NCBI GenBank assembly: GCA_016235455.1 | Contig: JACRKZ010000051.1 | Span: 28,452 to 92,451 of the forward strand | DNA length: 64,000 nt | Direction of reading: 5' to 3' | DNA from: Armatimonadota bacterium | GTDB lineage: Bacteria > Armatimonadota > UBA10988 | Part shown: positions 38,431 through 49,243 of the stretch, piece after piece | Layout of the letters: every line of letters begins with the position of its first letter | How positions within the stretch are numbered: the first letter of the stretch is position 1 | Position numbers and translations under genes: made by a program | Notes under the pieces: model-generated | Database searches by the model: none | What the model saw: only the letters and a program-made list of their open reading frames with translations | What the model was told of the DNA's origin: nothing

Positions 38431-40253
38431 ATGTTCAAGCCGCTGGATCTGGCGGTCGTGCTGGCCTACCTGGTGCTCATGGCGGTACTCGGTCTGTGGC
38501 AGGCGGCCAAAATCAGGAGCGCCGGCGACTATTTCGCTGGCGGCCGAACCTTCAACAAGTTCTTCATGATGATGCACGCCCTGGGCACGGGCACGCACGC
38601 CGACGACCCGGTGGGCGTGGTTGGCGCGGCCTTTCAGCGCGGCATCAGTGGCATCTGGTACACGTACGTCTACCTCTTCGCCACGCCGTTTTACTGGCTC
38701 ATCGCGCCGCTGTTCCGGCGCAGTCGCTACCTGACCATGGCCGACTTCTTTGAGGATCGGTACAGCCGCGGCCTGGGCCTGATGTACACCATCATGGGCG
38801 TGCTCATCTTCGCCATCAACACCGGCACGCTGCTCAAGGGCACCGAACTCATCACCAGCGCCATGACCCAGGGCGCCGTGCCCGGCTGGGCCTCCATCCT
38901 CGTCATGACGCTGGTCTTCGTGGCCTACGGCACGGCCGGCGGGCTCATGGCCACCGTGGTGGTCGAGGGCATCCAGGGCTTGCTGATCATCGTCATGTCG
39001 CTGCTGCTGGTGCCGTTCGGGCTGGCCGCCGTGGGCGGCTTCCATGGCATGCGGGCCGCGCTGGCTCCGAGCCACTTCAGCCTGGCCGCGCCGCAAGAGG
39101 TCACCTGGGTGTGGGTGCTTTCCGCGTCGGTGGCCATGCTCATCGGCATCGTCGCCCAGCCGCACATCATGGAGGTGTGCGCCTCGGGCAAGACCGAGTT
39201 CGAGGGCCGCGTCGGCTTCACCTATGGCAACTACGTGAAGCGCTCCTGCGCGCTGGGCTGGGCCGTGGTGGGCGTCATCGTAGCGGCCATGGTGGCGCAG
39301 GGCAAGATCCCCTCGCTCGGTGGGCACCGTGAACTGGCTTTCGGCACCGCTATCCGTACGCTGCTGCCGTCGGGCTTCGTCGGGCTCATGTTCGCCGCCA
39401 TCCTGGCCGCGCAGATGTCCACGCTCAGCGCCTTCATGGTGGCCGGCTCGGCACTGCTGTCGCGCAACCTGTACCAGCGCTACTGGCTGCCCGCCGAACC
39501 GTCGGAGGACACCGAGGGGAAGGTGCTGCGGTTTGGCCGCTTCGCGGGGCTGATCGTGGTCGGTTTGGGTGTGGGCTTTGCCTTCCTAGTGGGTGGCGTG
39601 ACCGACGCGCTGGCCTGGTTCTGGGCGCTCAACGCGTTGCTGGGCGTGCTGGTCTGGGCGGCGGTGCTGTGGAAGCCGGCCAACGCCGTCGGCGCCTGGA
39701 CCGCCTTTGGCTGGATGGCGCTCATCTGGCTGGTGGTCGGACCTGTTGGTGCCAAGCTCGGCGGCCCGAACCACCCCTGGCTGGGCTGCTATGCCGACAA
39801 GTCCAACCTGCACTGCTGACCTACCTCCCGCCGGGCGTGGTGGCGTTGGTGGTGGGCAGCCTGTGCTCCGACTTCGAGCGCGAGCCCATGCACGGCGTGA
39901 TCATCGGCACCGGATTCGTGCTGCTGGGTCTGGCGCTCGTGTACTGGCTACCGGCCACGGGCTTCCTGATGATCATCGGCGCGGTGCTCGGACTGCTGAT
40001 CGGTGGCGGCAACCGGCGCGAACGCGACAACTCCGGCGCCGAGCGCTTCTACCGGCTCATGGCAACGCCCGTCGGGCGCGAGCAAGAACTGGTCGACGCC
40101 GGCGTCGACGTGGTCTACGCCGGCGAGAGCGAGGGCCATCCCTGGGAGCTGAACCACCCGCGAATGGTACAGTGGGGTGGATTCGCCGTGGCGTGCTGCT
40201 TCACGCTGGTGGTGCTGGGGCTGCTGTACTGGATCGCCGGGCTGGGCCGGTAG
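38431..40253 (+). CDS. Sodium:solute symporter family transporter with a 1-bp frameshift near 39813
   Basis: 'DYFAGGR', 'YLTMADFFEDRYS', 'GLMFAAILAAQMST'. The frame stops at 39819, but hydrophobic helices continue in the -1 frame (LLTYLPPG...IAGLGR) to 40253. Confidence 0.85.
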
Positions 40254-40260
40254 GGCACTC

Positions 40261-40290
40261 GTAGGGGCGACCACGGAGGGTCGCCCCTAC
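40261..40290. repeat. GTAG-type REP-like palindrome
   Basis: GTAGGGGCGACC-ACGGAG-GGTCGCCCCTAC: perfect 12-bp arms, between convergent genes. Confidence 0.7.
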
Positions 40291-40302
40291 AAGGTTGCGC
40301 GA

Positions 40303-41055
40303 TCAGCAGATCCGCATCGTCAGCCCGCCATCGACCGTCAGAGTCTCGCCGGTGATGTAGCCGTTGTCGCACAGCGCCAGGATGGCCTGGGCGATCTCCT
40401 CCGGCTGGCCTTCGCGGTGCAGGGGGATGCGCTTCTCTTCGTTCAGCGCCTTCTGCTCGGCGGTCATGGCCAGGTGGAAGTCCGTGCGCGTGATGCCGGG
40501 GCAGACGGCGTTGACGCGGATGCCTTCGTCGGCCAGCTCCCAGGCCAGGCAGCGTGTGAAGTGGTGCAGCGCGGCCTTGACGGTGCCGTAGCAGCAGGCC
40601 GCGGGCAGGCCGCGCAGGCCGGCCACCGAGCCGATGTTGATGATCACGCCGCCGGTCGACTGGCGCAGCAGCGGAATGGTGTTGCGGCAGACATGGAACG
40701 CGCCCTTGACGTGCGTGGCGAAGGTGCGGTCCCACTGCTCCTCGGTGATGTCCATCAGCTTGCCCGGCTGGCCATAACCGGCGTTGTTGACGACGACATC
40801 CAGTCGGCCCCAACTGGCGGCGATGGGCTCGATCATGGCCGCCACGGCGGCGCCGTCGGCCACATCGGCCTGACAGATGAGCACGTCGGCCGCGCCGAGC
40901 CGGCGGCAGGATTCCGCGGTCTGCAGGGCGCCCGCCTCATTGCCCAGGTAGTTGAGCGCCACGCTCGCGCCGCGCGCGGCAAATGCCTCCGCTGTGGCGC
41001 GGCCGATACCGCGGGCCGAACCGGTGACCAGAACGCACTGCGCAGACTCTGCCAT
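40303..41055 (-). CDS. Short-chain dehydrogenase/reductase
   Basis: 'TGSARGIG', 'NNAG', 'YGTVK' (YxxxK), 'IRVNAVCPG', 'ITGETLTVDGG'. Confidence 0.95.
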   Translation of the reverse strand: MAESAQCVLVTGSARGIGRATAEAFAARGASVALNYLGNEAGALQTAESCRRLGAADVLICQADVADGAAVAAMIEPIAASWGRLDVVVNNAGYGQPGKLMDITEEQWDRTFATHVKGAFHVCRNTIPLLRQSTGGVIINIGSVAGLRGLPAACCYGTVKAALHHFTRCLAWELADEGIRVNAVCPGITRTDFHLAMTAEQKALNEEKRIPLHREGQPEEIAQAILALCDNGYITGETLTVDGGLTMRIC

Positions 41056-41156
41056 GGGGCTCCTCCGTGGGCTCGACACTAGCGCGTCGTGGTTTGGCTG
41101 TCAACCCGGGAGGGAATGCGGCGGCGAAGGCCAAAGCGCGGGTGAGGATGTCCACC

Positions 41157-44042
41157 ATGCGCCTGCCCTGGATCGTTCTGTTGTTGCCTGTCGCCGCGTT
41201 CTGCCAGACGCTGACCGAGGACTTCGCCGGCTATCGCGATGAGGCCGCATTGGCCGCCAACTGGCGCGACGACAGCATGGGCTACAGCCTGCGTGACGGC
41301 CAGTTGGTGGGCGAGGAAGGCCTCTGCTTCTGGCAGCGCGCGCCGTTCGCCGGCGAGGCCACGCTCTCGGCCGACCTGCGCATCGAGGCCGTCGCCGGCA
41401 GCAGCAAGGGCTGGAGCGTCGCGGGCATCGGCTTCGCCGCCGATCGCGGCAACCTGTGGGCGCTGCAGGTGGTGGCCGGTCCCGAGAAGGATGGCGTACG
41501 GCCGCGCTTCCTGGAGATGCACGAGATGCTCGACGGCACCTGGCTGGCCGAGAGCGCCGAGACGACCAAGCTGCGCAGCCTGGCCAACGAGGTCACCGGC
41601 CAGTGGCGCGACCAGCAGGCCTACCGCCTCGAGATGACCTGGAACGCCGAGCAGGTCGAGGGCCGCATCCTGTCCGGAGGCACGGCCATTGGACGGTTTG
41701 CCTGGGCCTTGACGGGCGCGCCCCGCGCGGTCACCGCCGGCCGGCCCGTATTCCGTGTGGCGGGCCTCACCGCCGGCTTCGACAACGTCTCCTACGGGGT
41801 GCGGCGCGTGGTCGCCGAACCCCAGCCCAAGGCGCCGCCGGCCTGGGTCTCACGGCCGGGTAAGGCCATTGCCAAGGGCACGGGCTACTTCGCTACCGCC
41901 CAGGTCAACGGCCGCTGGTGGCTGGTCGATCCCGAGGGCAAGCCGTTCTTCGACGTCGGCACCGACCATGTGCGGTACGAGGGCCACTGGTGCGAGAAAC
42001 TGGGCTATGCGCCCTACAGCCGGGTCAGCGCGGCCAAGTACGCCAGCGAAGACGCCTGGGCCCAGACCGCCACCGACCGCCTCAAGAGCTGGAACTTCAA
42101 CACGGTGGCCGCCGGCCATTCGCCCAGCACGCGGCATCGTGGCCTGGCGCATATCCTCTTTGCCTCCTTCGGCAGCGGCTTCGCCGCGCGCGACTACATC
42201 GCCGAGCAGACCACGTGGACCGGGTTCCCCAACGTCTTCAGCCCGCAGTGGCCGCGCTACTGCACCGCGCGCGCGCGGCAGATGGCCGACGAGATGGCCG
42301 GTGACCCGTGGTGCCTGGGCATCTTCCTCGATAATGAGCTGGAGTGGTACGGCAAGACCGGCAGCCTGATCGACGAGGTCTTCCGCCGCGGCCCCACGCA
42401 CACCGCCAAGCTGGCGCTGTGGGACTGGCTGCTCAAGCGCTATGGCACCGTGGCCGGTGTGAACGCCGCGCTGGGCACCCGGCACGCCGATGCCGCGGCG
42501 TTCCTGGCCGACACCAACCCGCCGCGCGGGCCCAAGAGCGACGAGGTCAACTCGGGCTTCATGCAGGTCATCGCCGAGCGCTACTTCGGCGAGCCCTGCC
42601 GCGCGCTGCGCGCTGCCGACGGCAAGCACCTGATCATGGGCTGCCGCTTCGCCGGTCAGACGCCCAAGGAAGTGCTGGCGGCCGCCGGGAAGTACAACGA
42701 CGTCTTCACCATCAACACCTACCCCAAGGTCGACATCGCCGGCGGCCGCGTGGTGGACACGCCGCGCATGTTGGCCGACTACTACGCGGCGGTTCGCAAG
42801 CCGATGATCATCACCGAATGGAGCTTCCCGGCGCTCGACGCGGGGCTGCCCTGCCTGCACGGCGCGGGCATGAGGGTCGACACGCAGGCGCAGAAGGCGC
42901 GCTGCTACGAGATCTTCGCCAACCAGATCGCCGATCTGCCGTTCATGGTCGGTTACCACTACTTCATGTACCTCGACGAGCCGGCCGAAGGCATCTCGTC
43001 GACCTTCCCCGAGGACAGCAACTACGGCTTGGTCAACGTCAAGGACGAGCCGTACGCCGAGTTGACCGACATGGCGACCAAGGTCAACGCCGCGGCATAC
43101 GCCCGGCACGAACGCAGCGCGATGCCTTCGGCGGCGGACCTGCCGACCAAGCCCGCGCCGCCCGCGGACGGCAAGCCCGCGGCGCTGCGTAACCTCGGCA
43201 AGACCGAGGTGGTCGGCCTGCCGGCGGTGGTCGATGGCGCGAGCCCAGGGTTGGGCATCATCGCCAGCCTGGCGCCCGGCGCGACCTGGCGGCCGGCCGC
43301 CGGCAGCGTCGCCGCGCCGGAGGCCATGGAATCCGTCGCCCTGGGCGGCGCGGGCACGACCTGGGTCTGTGACCGGCGCCTGAGCGGCTTGTTCGGCAAG
43401 GTGACCGCCGACGGCCTGGCGCTCGGCCGCGTCGATGTAGCGGCACACCAGGTGACAGCCGGCAAGAACGCCTGGACCTCGGCCGAGAAGGTCGAGTCGA
43501 TCCAGGTTCGTGGCGGCAAGGAGGGCGTCATCCTCGACGTGGTGCTATCGCATCAGCGCGAGGGCCAGGACGGTGCGCCGTCGTTCCGCGTGGGCGTGCG
43601 CGCGGTGCACTTCTTCGCCGAGCCCGTGGTGCTGGTGCGGCCGCTGTGGTACGAGAACACCGACGACCGGCCGTTCGAGATCAAGGAAGCCTTCGTCTTC
43701 TGCCAGCCGGCCATCGGTGGCGATACGGCCGACGACAAGGTCGGCGGGCCGGGCGTGCCGCAGTACTACCGCGAGGTCGGCGCCTGGACCGACAGCAAAC
43801 TCGGCGGCAGCTTTGGCGCGTTCTGCCCCCAAGAGGACTGGAGCGTCAGCTTCTGGGAAGACACCGGTAAGCACGCCGACGCCCGCATCATGGTCGACCG
43901 CACGCTGGCCAAGGGGCAGAAGATCGTGCTCGGTCAGCTGCCCTACCTGACCTGCTTCGGGCTCAAGGCGGCTGGCGCCGACCGGGCGCTAAGCGCCCGG
44001 TGGCTGCCGGTTGGGCAGTTGCGGGTGGTGCCGGGCGGGTAG
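41157..44042 (+). CDS. Secreted GH50-like (agarase-related) glycoside hydrolase
   Basis: Signal peptide; 'GRWWLVDPEG', 'RLKSWNFNT', 'FLDNEL', 'IITEW', 'NYGLVNVKDEPY'. Confidence 0.75.
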   Translation: MRLPWIVLLLPVAAFCQTLTEDFAGYRDEAALAANWRDDSMGYSLRDGQLVGEEGLCFWQRAPFAGEATLSADLRIEAVAGSSKGWSVAGIGFAADRGNLWALQVVAGPEKDGVRPRFLEMHEMLDGTWLAESAETTKLRSLANEVTGQWRDQQAYRLEMTWNAEQVEGRILSGGTAIGRFAWALTGAPRAVTAGRPVFRVAGLTAGFDNVSYGVRRVVAEPQPKAPPAWVSRPGKAIAKGTGYFATAQVNGRWWLVDPEGKPFFDVGTDHVRYEGHWCEKLGYAPYSRVSAAKYASEDAWAQTATDRLKSWNFNTVAAGHSPSTRHRGLAHILFASFGSGFAARDYIAEQTTWTGFPNVFSPQWPRYCTARARQMADEMAGDPWCLGIFLDNELEWYGKTGSLIDEVFRRGPTHTAKLALWDWLLKRYGTVAGVNAALGTRHADAAAFLADTNPPRGPKSDEVNSGFMQVIAERYFGEPCRALRAADGKHLIMGCRFAGQTPKEVLAAAGKYNDVFTINTYPKVDIAGGRVVDTPRMLADYYAAVRKPMIITEWSFPALDAGLPCLHGAGMRVDTQAQKARCYEIFANQIADLPFMVGYHYFMYLDEPAEGISSTFPEDSNYGLVNVKDEPYAELTDMATKVNAAAYARHERSAMPSAADLPTKPAPPADGKPAALRNLGKTEVVGLPAVVDGASPGLGIIASLAPGATWRPAAGSVAAPEAMESVALGGAGTTWVCDRRLSGLFGKVTADGLALGRVDVAAHQVTAGKNAWTSAEKVESIQVRGGKEGVILDVVLSHQREGQDGAPSFRVGVRAVHFFAEPVVLVRPLWYENTDDRPFEIKEAFVFCQPAIGGDTADDKVGGPGVPQYYREVGAWTDSKLGGSFGAFCPQEDWSVSFWEDTGKHADARIMVDRTLAKGQKIVLGQLPYLTCFGLKAAGADRALSARWLPVGQLRVVPGG

Positions 44043-44046
44043 GGGG

Positions 44047-45847
44047 TCACGGCTCTGGCAGTGGCGAGACTCCCGCGCCGCCGAGCCGATCCGCGAGCGC
44101 CTCGAGGCCGTGTCTGGAGGCGAGTTGGCGCAGACAGATGCCCATCTGGTCTGGGAGACGCGGCTCACGCAGCAGCGGACGGTAGATGGTCAGCCAGCGG
44201 CTGGCCAGCTCCAGGGCCTTGGCTGCCGACCCGGGGGGTGGTGTGGCCTGTCGGAGGTCGTAGCCGACATAGGAGAGCGCGGCGTAGTCGACCACGTAGC
44301 GTCGGCGTTGGTCGGTAGCCAAGTCGGCGCTCAGCGCGTCGAAGGACCGGAGTGTGCCGTCGGTGAACTGCCGGTGGTAGTCGAACCACGCGGCGGCGGC
44401 CTGGCCCCGGACGACCTCCGCGAGGCCCAGATCGCCCACAACGTGGTTGAGGAAGACACTGGCCCTCTTTGTTCCGCGAGGGTCGGACCCCGCCGGTACT
44501 CCCGACGCGGCTACTGCCGCCAGGTGGCTACGCAGTGCGTCGCGTAGCCACGATGGCACGGACGGGTCCGCGACCAGCGACTTGGCGCTTGACTGGATGG
44601 CAGGCTCGTCAAGGCAGTGCAGTGCCAGACCGAGCAGGCTACCGCCGATCTCGCGGCCTGGGGCAAGCGCGTAGGCTTGCGCGTCCTTGCGGCAGTTCTG
44701 ACGGTAGCGCTCCATGAGGGACACGGCGGACTGGGCTACTCGGCTGGCCGGCAGGAGCCGCAGGTGGTCCACCAGCCATGTCATCTCGGCGAGCGCGCCG
44801 GTTGGTCCATTCGAGGATAGCAGGCTCTGTTGTCTCCTGAGCTCCGGCGTGTCCAGAGCTTGGAACTTGGCCGCCAGCTGAGCGGGGTCGAGCGATGCCA
44901 GCGACGGCTCCGGCCGCCAGCCGTACCGCGTCACCACGTTGCGAAGGGTATCCAGCCCGGGCTCGGCGGCCAGGCGGCAGATCAGCCGGCCCAGAGGGTC
45001 GCACGGCAGCCGCAACCATGCGGGGCGGTACTCGTCGCTCCAGCGCTGGACGACAGCGTCAAGGCATCGTTTCTCGTCAGTGCCCAGCGGCTTCCCCCCT
45101 GCCACCTTGGCGAGCAGAACCGAGGCAACCGCATAGTCGGCCGCGACGCGACTCGACAGCTCCCTGGGCAGTGCCTCGGCCAGGTCGGCGAGCGGTCCCA
45201 GGTCGTCGCCGACGGCGCGTCTGGCCAAGTCGGCGAAGGCCTCGAACTGCTTGTCGGCGTCGACGAGCCGATGCGGCGCCACACCCGACCATAGCGCCTC
45301 CGCAAAAGCGACGGCGCGACGGTGCCCCTTAGGGTCATCGGCCTCGCGTACAGCCGAGGCTGAGAGTCTGGCCAGGCCCAGGGCCGCCGCTTGACGAGCC
45401 GATTCGGGAAGCGCGGGCGACCGAGCGAACTGGTGCAGAACGGCCGTCACGCGCGCGTCTCCGGCGTGCGCCGCAAGCAGATCGACCATGTCGCCAGCCA
45501 GTGCCCCCCCCAGCCAGCCGAAGGAAGCCCATCGCTGCGCAGCGGCGCAGGTAGCGGTCCGCCAACTGGCACACGATCGGCGCGGCCTCCGGAGTTGGCC
45601 GGGTGCGCAGCTCGCGGAGGATACCCATCTGCAGTGCGATGGGCTCGGGGTACCGCGCTCGACATAGATCCAGGCTCAGAGTCCAGTTCCACTCAGTGTC
45701 GGCGCGCAAGTACGCATCGCACAGCTCCGTGACAGTGCGTCGATCGATGGGCCGCGCTGTGGCGGGCCCTGCCTGACCTCGACACGCGGCGACCGTGCAG
45801 GCAACGCCGACGCTGATAAGCAGCGCCCGGAGGGTGATGTGTTTCAT
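44047..45847 (-). CDS. Hypothetical secreted or lipoprotein-like helical protein, split at a G8 tract
   Basis: MKHITLRALLISVGVAC start; removing one G from the 8-base run at 45504-45511 joins it to ORF 44047-45489. Confidence 0.5.
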
Positions 45848-46074
45848 CTGGTTCGCCAGTTGGTGCCCGGTGATGCCCAGTCGAGAGCGCCGACGCCGTT
45901 GGCGGCGCTGAGCTCTCGCACCCCGCATCGCAGTTCGTTGTCGCCTAAGCATTCCGCCTGAGCAATGCTCGGATTGCTGACACGAGGCTAGTAGGCGCGG
46001 GAGTGTGGTGTCAAGGGCAATGGATCATGGTGTGTACCTCGGTGTTCATGCCCCGAGGTGCCCCCGCACGATGC

Positions 46075-48032
46075 CTACGGCTGGGCCAGCGTGAGCGCGA
46101 CACGCTGTCCGCCCTCGGCCGCCACCGTCACCGGCACGCGCCAAGCCCCTTGCACCACGACACATGCGCCGCCGGCGGCTTCGGTGCAGAGGTACGCCTG
46201 CGCCTGCACGTCCAGCGACGTCGTGTCGGCGGCGATCTCCACCGGCACGCGCAGCACGTCGCCCGCCTGGGTGATGCGCTGCGTCTTCCCGCCCACGACC
46301 ACCGTCACCGGCGCGCCCCCCGTGCGGTGCCAGCCGGCCTGCGGCCGGAGCGTGAGTTCGATGGTCGCGGTGCCTGCCTTCAGCCTCACCGCGGGCGCCG
46401 CGGCGTAGACCACCTCGGGCATCGGCGGCGCGGCGCGGTCGGGCTCGCCGAGCATCACGGTGCTCACGGTGCCGGCCTTGGGGTCGATGACGCGGATGGT
46501 GTTGTTGTTCGTGTCGGCCACATAGAGCCGGCCGCCACCCGCGCAGATGCCGCCGGGCTCGTTGAAGGCGGCCTGATCGAGCGGCCCGTCGGTCGTGCCC
46601 TCGGCGCCAGTGCCGGCGAATCGCGTCAGCCGGCCGGTAGCGGGATCGAGTCGCTTGACGCGGTTGTTATAGGTGTCGGCCACATAGAGCACGCCGTCGA
46701 GCGCGGTGACGCCCAGCGGATGCTGTAGCCGCGCCGTGCGGCGGTCGCCCTCGATGTCGCCGAACTCGAACAGGCCCTGGCCGATGAAGGTGGCCACGCG
46801 CGGCTGGCCGGCGAGCCCCACCGAGCGGATGGCGCTCGTCTCGCTGTCGGCGAAGACCAGGCGGTCGCCGAGCAGGCACAACGCGCTGGGCTGGGCCAGC
46901 GCGGCCTTACCGGCAGCGGCATCAAGCAGGTCCTCGCGGCCGGTGCCGGCATAGGGCCGGGCGTCGGCGGTGCGCGGGTCGACCACCCAGATCTGGTGCG
47001 ACCCGGCGTTGGCCACATAGAGCCGGTCGCCATGGGCCAGCACGTCCCAGGGCGAGTGCAGCGCCACCTGCCGTCCGCGGCCGGCGAGGTTGTAGCGGTC
47101 GGGCTTGTGGCCCGTGCCGACCACCGTCGTCACCGTGCCGGCCTTCAGGTCGGCCGCGCGCAAGCTGTGGTTCTCCGTGTCGGCGACGTACAGCAGGTCG
47201 CCCACGAGCGCCATGCCCTGGGGCTGTCGGAACCGCGCCTGGGCGAAGCTGCCGTCGACGAAGCCGGGCACGCCGCCACCAATCGTCTGTTGGACCGTGC
47301 CGTCGAGCCCGCACACGACGATGCGGTGATGGGTGGAATCGGCGATGAACAGTCGTCCGCCGGCCGCGTCGGCCAGCACCTTGCCGGGATGCGAGAGCAC
47401 CGTGGTCGGCTGGCGGTCGCGTTCCAGTGACCAGGTCATGCGGCCCGGCCGGAGTGTGCCCGCGGCGCGCGCCCCATCGATGACGCGCGCGATGGCCGGT
47501 CCCGCCGTCGCCGCGGTGATCTCGCCGGCATGGACCTCGACGATCGCACCGGTCGGATCGACGAGCACGAGGGTCGGCCACGACCGTACGCCATAGGAGC
47601 GCCAGACGCGCAGGTCACTGTCGACGCAGACGGGATGCTCAATCTCGTAGCGCAGGATGGCCTGGCGGATGTTCTCGGGCTTGCCCTCGTCGTCGAACTT
47701 GGCCGAATGAACGCCGATGACCACCAGATCATCGGGGTACCGGCGCTCGAGTTCCTTGAGTTCGGGCAGGATGTGCATGCAGTTGATGCAGCAGTAAGTC
47801 CAGAAGTCGAGCAGAACGACCTTGCCGCGCAGATCGGCGAGCCGGACGGGGTGGTCGGTGTTCAGCCACTGGCGGTCGCCGGGGAACTCGGGTGCGAGTA
47901 CCGCCGGTCGGCCACCGGGTTCCTGGGCGCCGGACGCTGTGACGACGATGCCGAGGAGGAGCAGACCCGCGAGCGGGGTCCGGCGCCGGGCGCGGGTCCG
48001 AAGAGGCGCGCCCGGCGTCGGTAGCGGCTCAC
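46075..48032 (-). CDS. Thioredoxin-like + NHL-repeat protein (NHLRC2/SOQ1-like); start uncertain
   Basis: 'DFWTYCCINCMH', 'IGVHSAKF', NHL repeats 'LYVADTENH', 'LQHPLG', 'YVADTYN'. Confidence 0.9.
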
Positions 48033-49243
48033 TTCTCCTTGGTGGGATCGGTGATCTCGCGGATGTAGATGTTCTTGAACCAGAGGGTGTTGCCATGGTT
48101 CTGCAACTCAATCTGCCCGGTCGGGTAGATCGGCTTGCCACGCTCCCAGTAGTTTTCCATGGTCACGTTGTCGGTGACGAGCTTGCCGTTGAGCCAGACC
48201 GAGACCTTCTCGCCGATCATCTTGATGCGGAAGGTGTTCCACTGTCCGATGGGGTTGTCGGCGCAGAGGAGCGGGTCCTTGGGGTTCTTCTGGTTGTTGT
48301 AGAGCGCGCCCGAGCCGACCGGCCACTGCGCGGGATCCCAGATCTGCACCTGCGGTGAGCCGCGCAGATAGATGCCGCTGTCGCCGCGCGGCAGGATCTT
48401 CCAGTCGACGTACATCTCGAAGTCGCCGTAGTCCTTGCCGGTGCACAGGCTGTCGCCCTTGCCGTCGAAGACGATGACGCCGTCGATGACCTTCCAGTGC
48501 TCCTTGGCGCGCTGGGTGGCGGCGGCCTGGGCGGTGGCCAGCTGCTCGGCGGTCATCGCCGCGCGCTTGGGCGGGTCGGCCACGAGGCCTTTCCAGTTGT
48601 CCAGGTCCTTGCCGTTGAACAGCGCGACGAAGCCCGCGGGAGGCGTGTTGTCGCCGGGCTGCGCCTTGTTCAGGTCGACCGCGCTGGGCGGCATCTTGGC
48701 GTCCGCGCCGAGCTCCACGGCGGTCAGGCCGCGAAAGTCGATGCCGCCGGCGGTCACGACCAGGCCGAGCGGGCCCTGAGCGGGTGCGGCCGGCAGGGCA
48801 GCCTCGCAAGCGATCTCGCCATTGATGGCGATGCGCGCGCGCCCTTCGGCCACGTCAATATCCAGCTTGTTCCACTGGCCCGCAGGCTTGAGCGTCGTGG
48901 CCTTGGCCGGCGCGATGCCGCGCAGGGCACCGAGCGCCATGTTGGGCTCGATGAACGCAAACGATGCGGGGTCCACCAGCTGCGCTCGTGCGCCGCGCAC
49001 GACCACGCCGCCGCTGGCGCCGGCGGCCAGCTTGAACTCGGCGGCCAGGGTCAGGTTGCCGAAGGCCTTGTCGGTGTAGATGGCGCCGCTCTTGCTGCTG
49101 AGCGCGCCGTCGGCCACGGCGAAGCCGTCGCCCTTCCAACCGGTGAGGTCCTTGCCGTTGAACAGAGTGATCGTGTCGGCCCAACAGGCCGCCGCGGTCA
49201 CCAGGAGCGCGAGGGCCGCCCAGCGAGCCATTCGCGAGGTCAT
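48029..49243 (-). CDS. Tandem DUF1080 (3-keto-disaccharide hydrolase-like) protein
   Basis: Two 'LFNGKDL..WK' starts; 'GDSGIYLRG', 'IELQNHG'; ATGA overlap with upstream gene. Confidence 0.9.
   Translation of the reverse strand: MTSRMARWAALALLVTAAACWADTITLFNGKDLTGWKGDGFAVADGALSSKSGAIYTDKAFGNLTLAAEFKLAAGASGGVVVRGARAQLVDPASFAFIEPNMALGALRGIAPAKATTLKPAGQWNKLDIDVAEGRARIAINGEIACEAALPAAPAQGPLGLVVTAGGIDFRGLTAVELGADAKMPPSAVDLNKAQPGDNTPPAGFVALFNGKDLDNWKGLVADPPKRAAMTAEQLATAQAAATQRAKEHWKVIDGVIVFDGKGDSLCTGKDYGDFEMYVDWKILPRGDSGIYLRGSPQVQIWDPAQWPVGSGALYNNQKNPKDPLLCADNPIGQWNTFRIKMIGEKVSVWLNGKLVTDNVTMENYWERGKPIYPTGQIELQNHGNTLWFKNIYIREITDPTKEK

Noticed and set aside
8479-38569. Long plus-strand ORFs (8479-10647, 14029-16818, 21244-24054, 35870-38569)
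   Set aside because: Antisense to well-supported genes; expected in high-GC DNA with few stop codons.
18960-48040. Programmed ribosomal frameshifting as the cause of the split genes
   Set aside because: No X-XXY-YYZ slippery sites at 18968, 39813 or about 48000; several unrelated single-base breaks point to assembly error.
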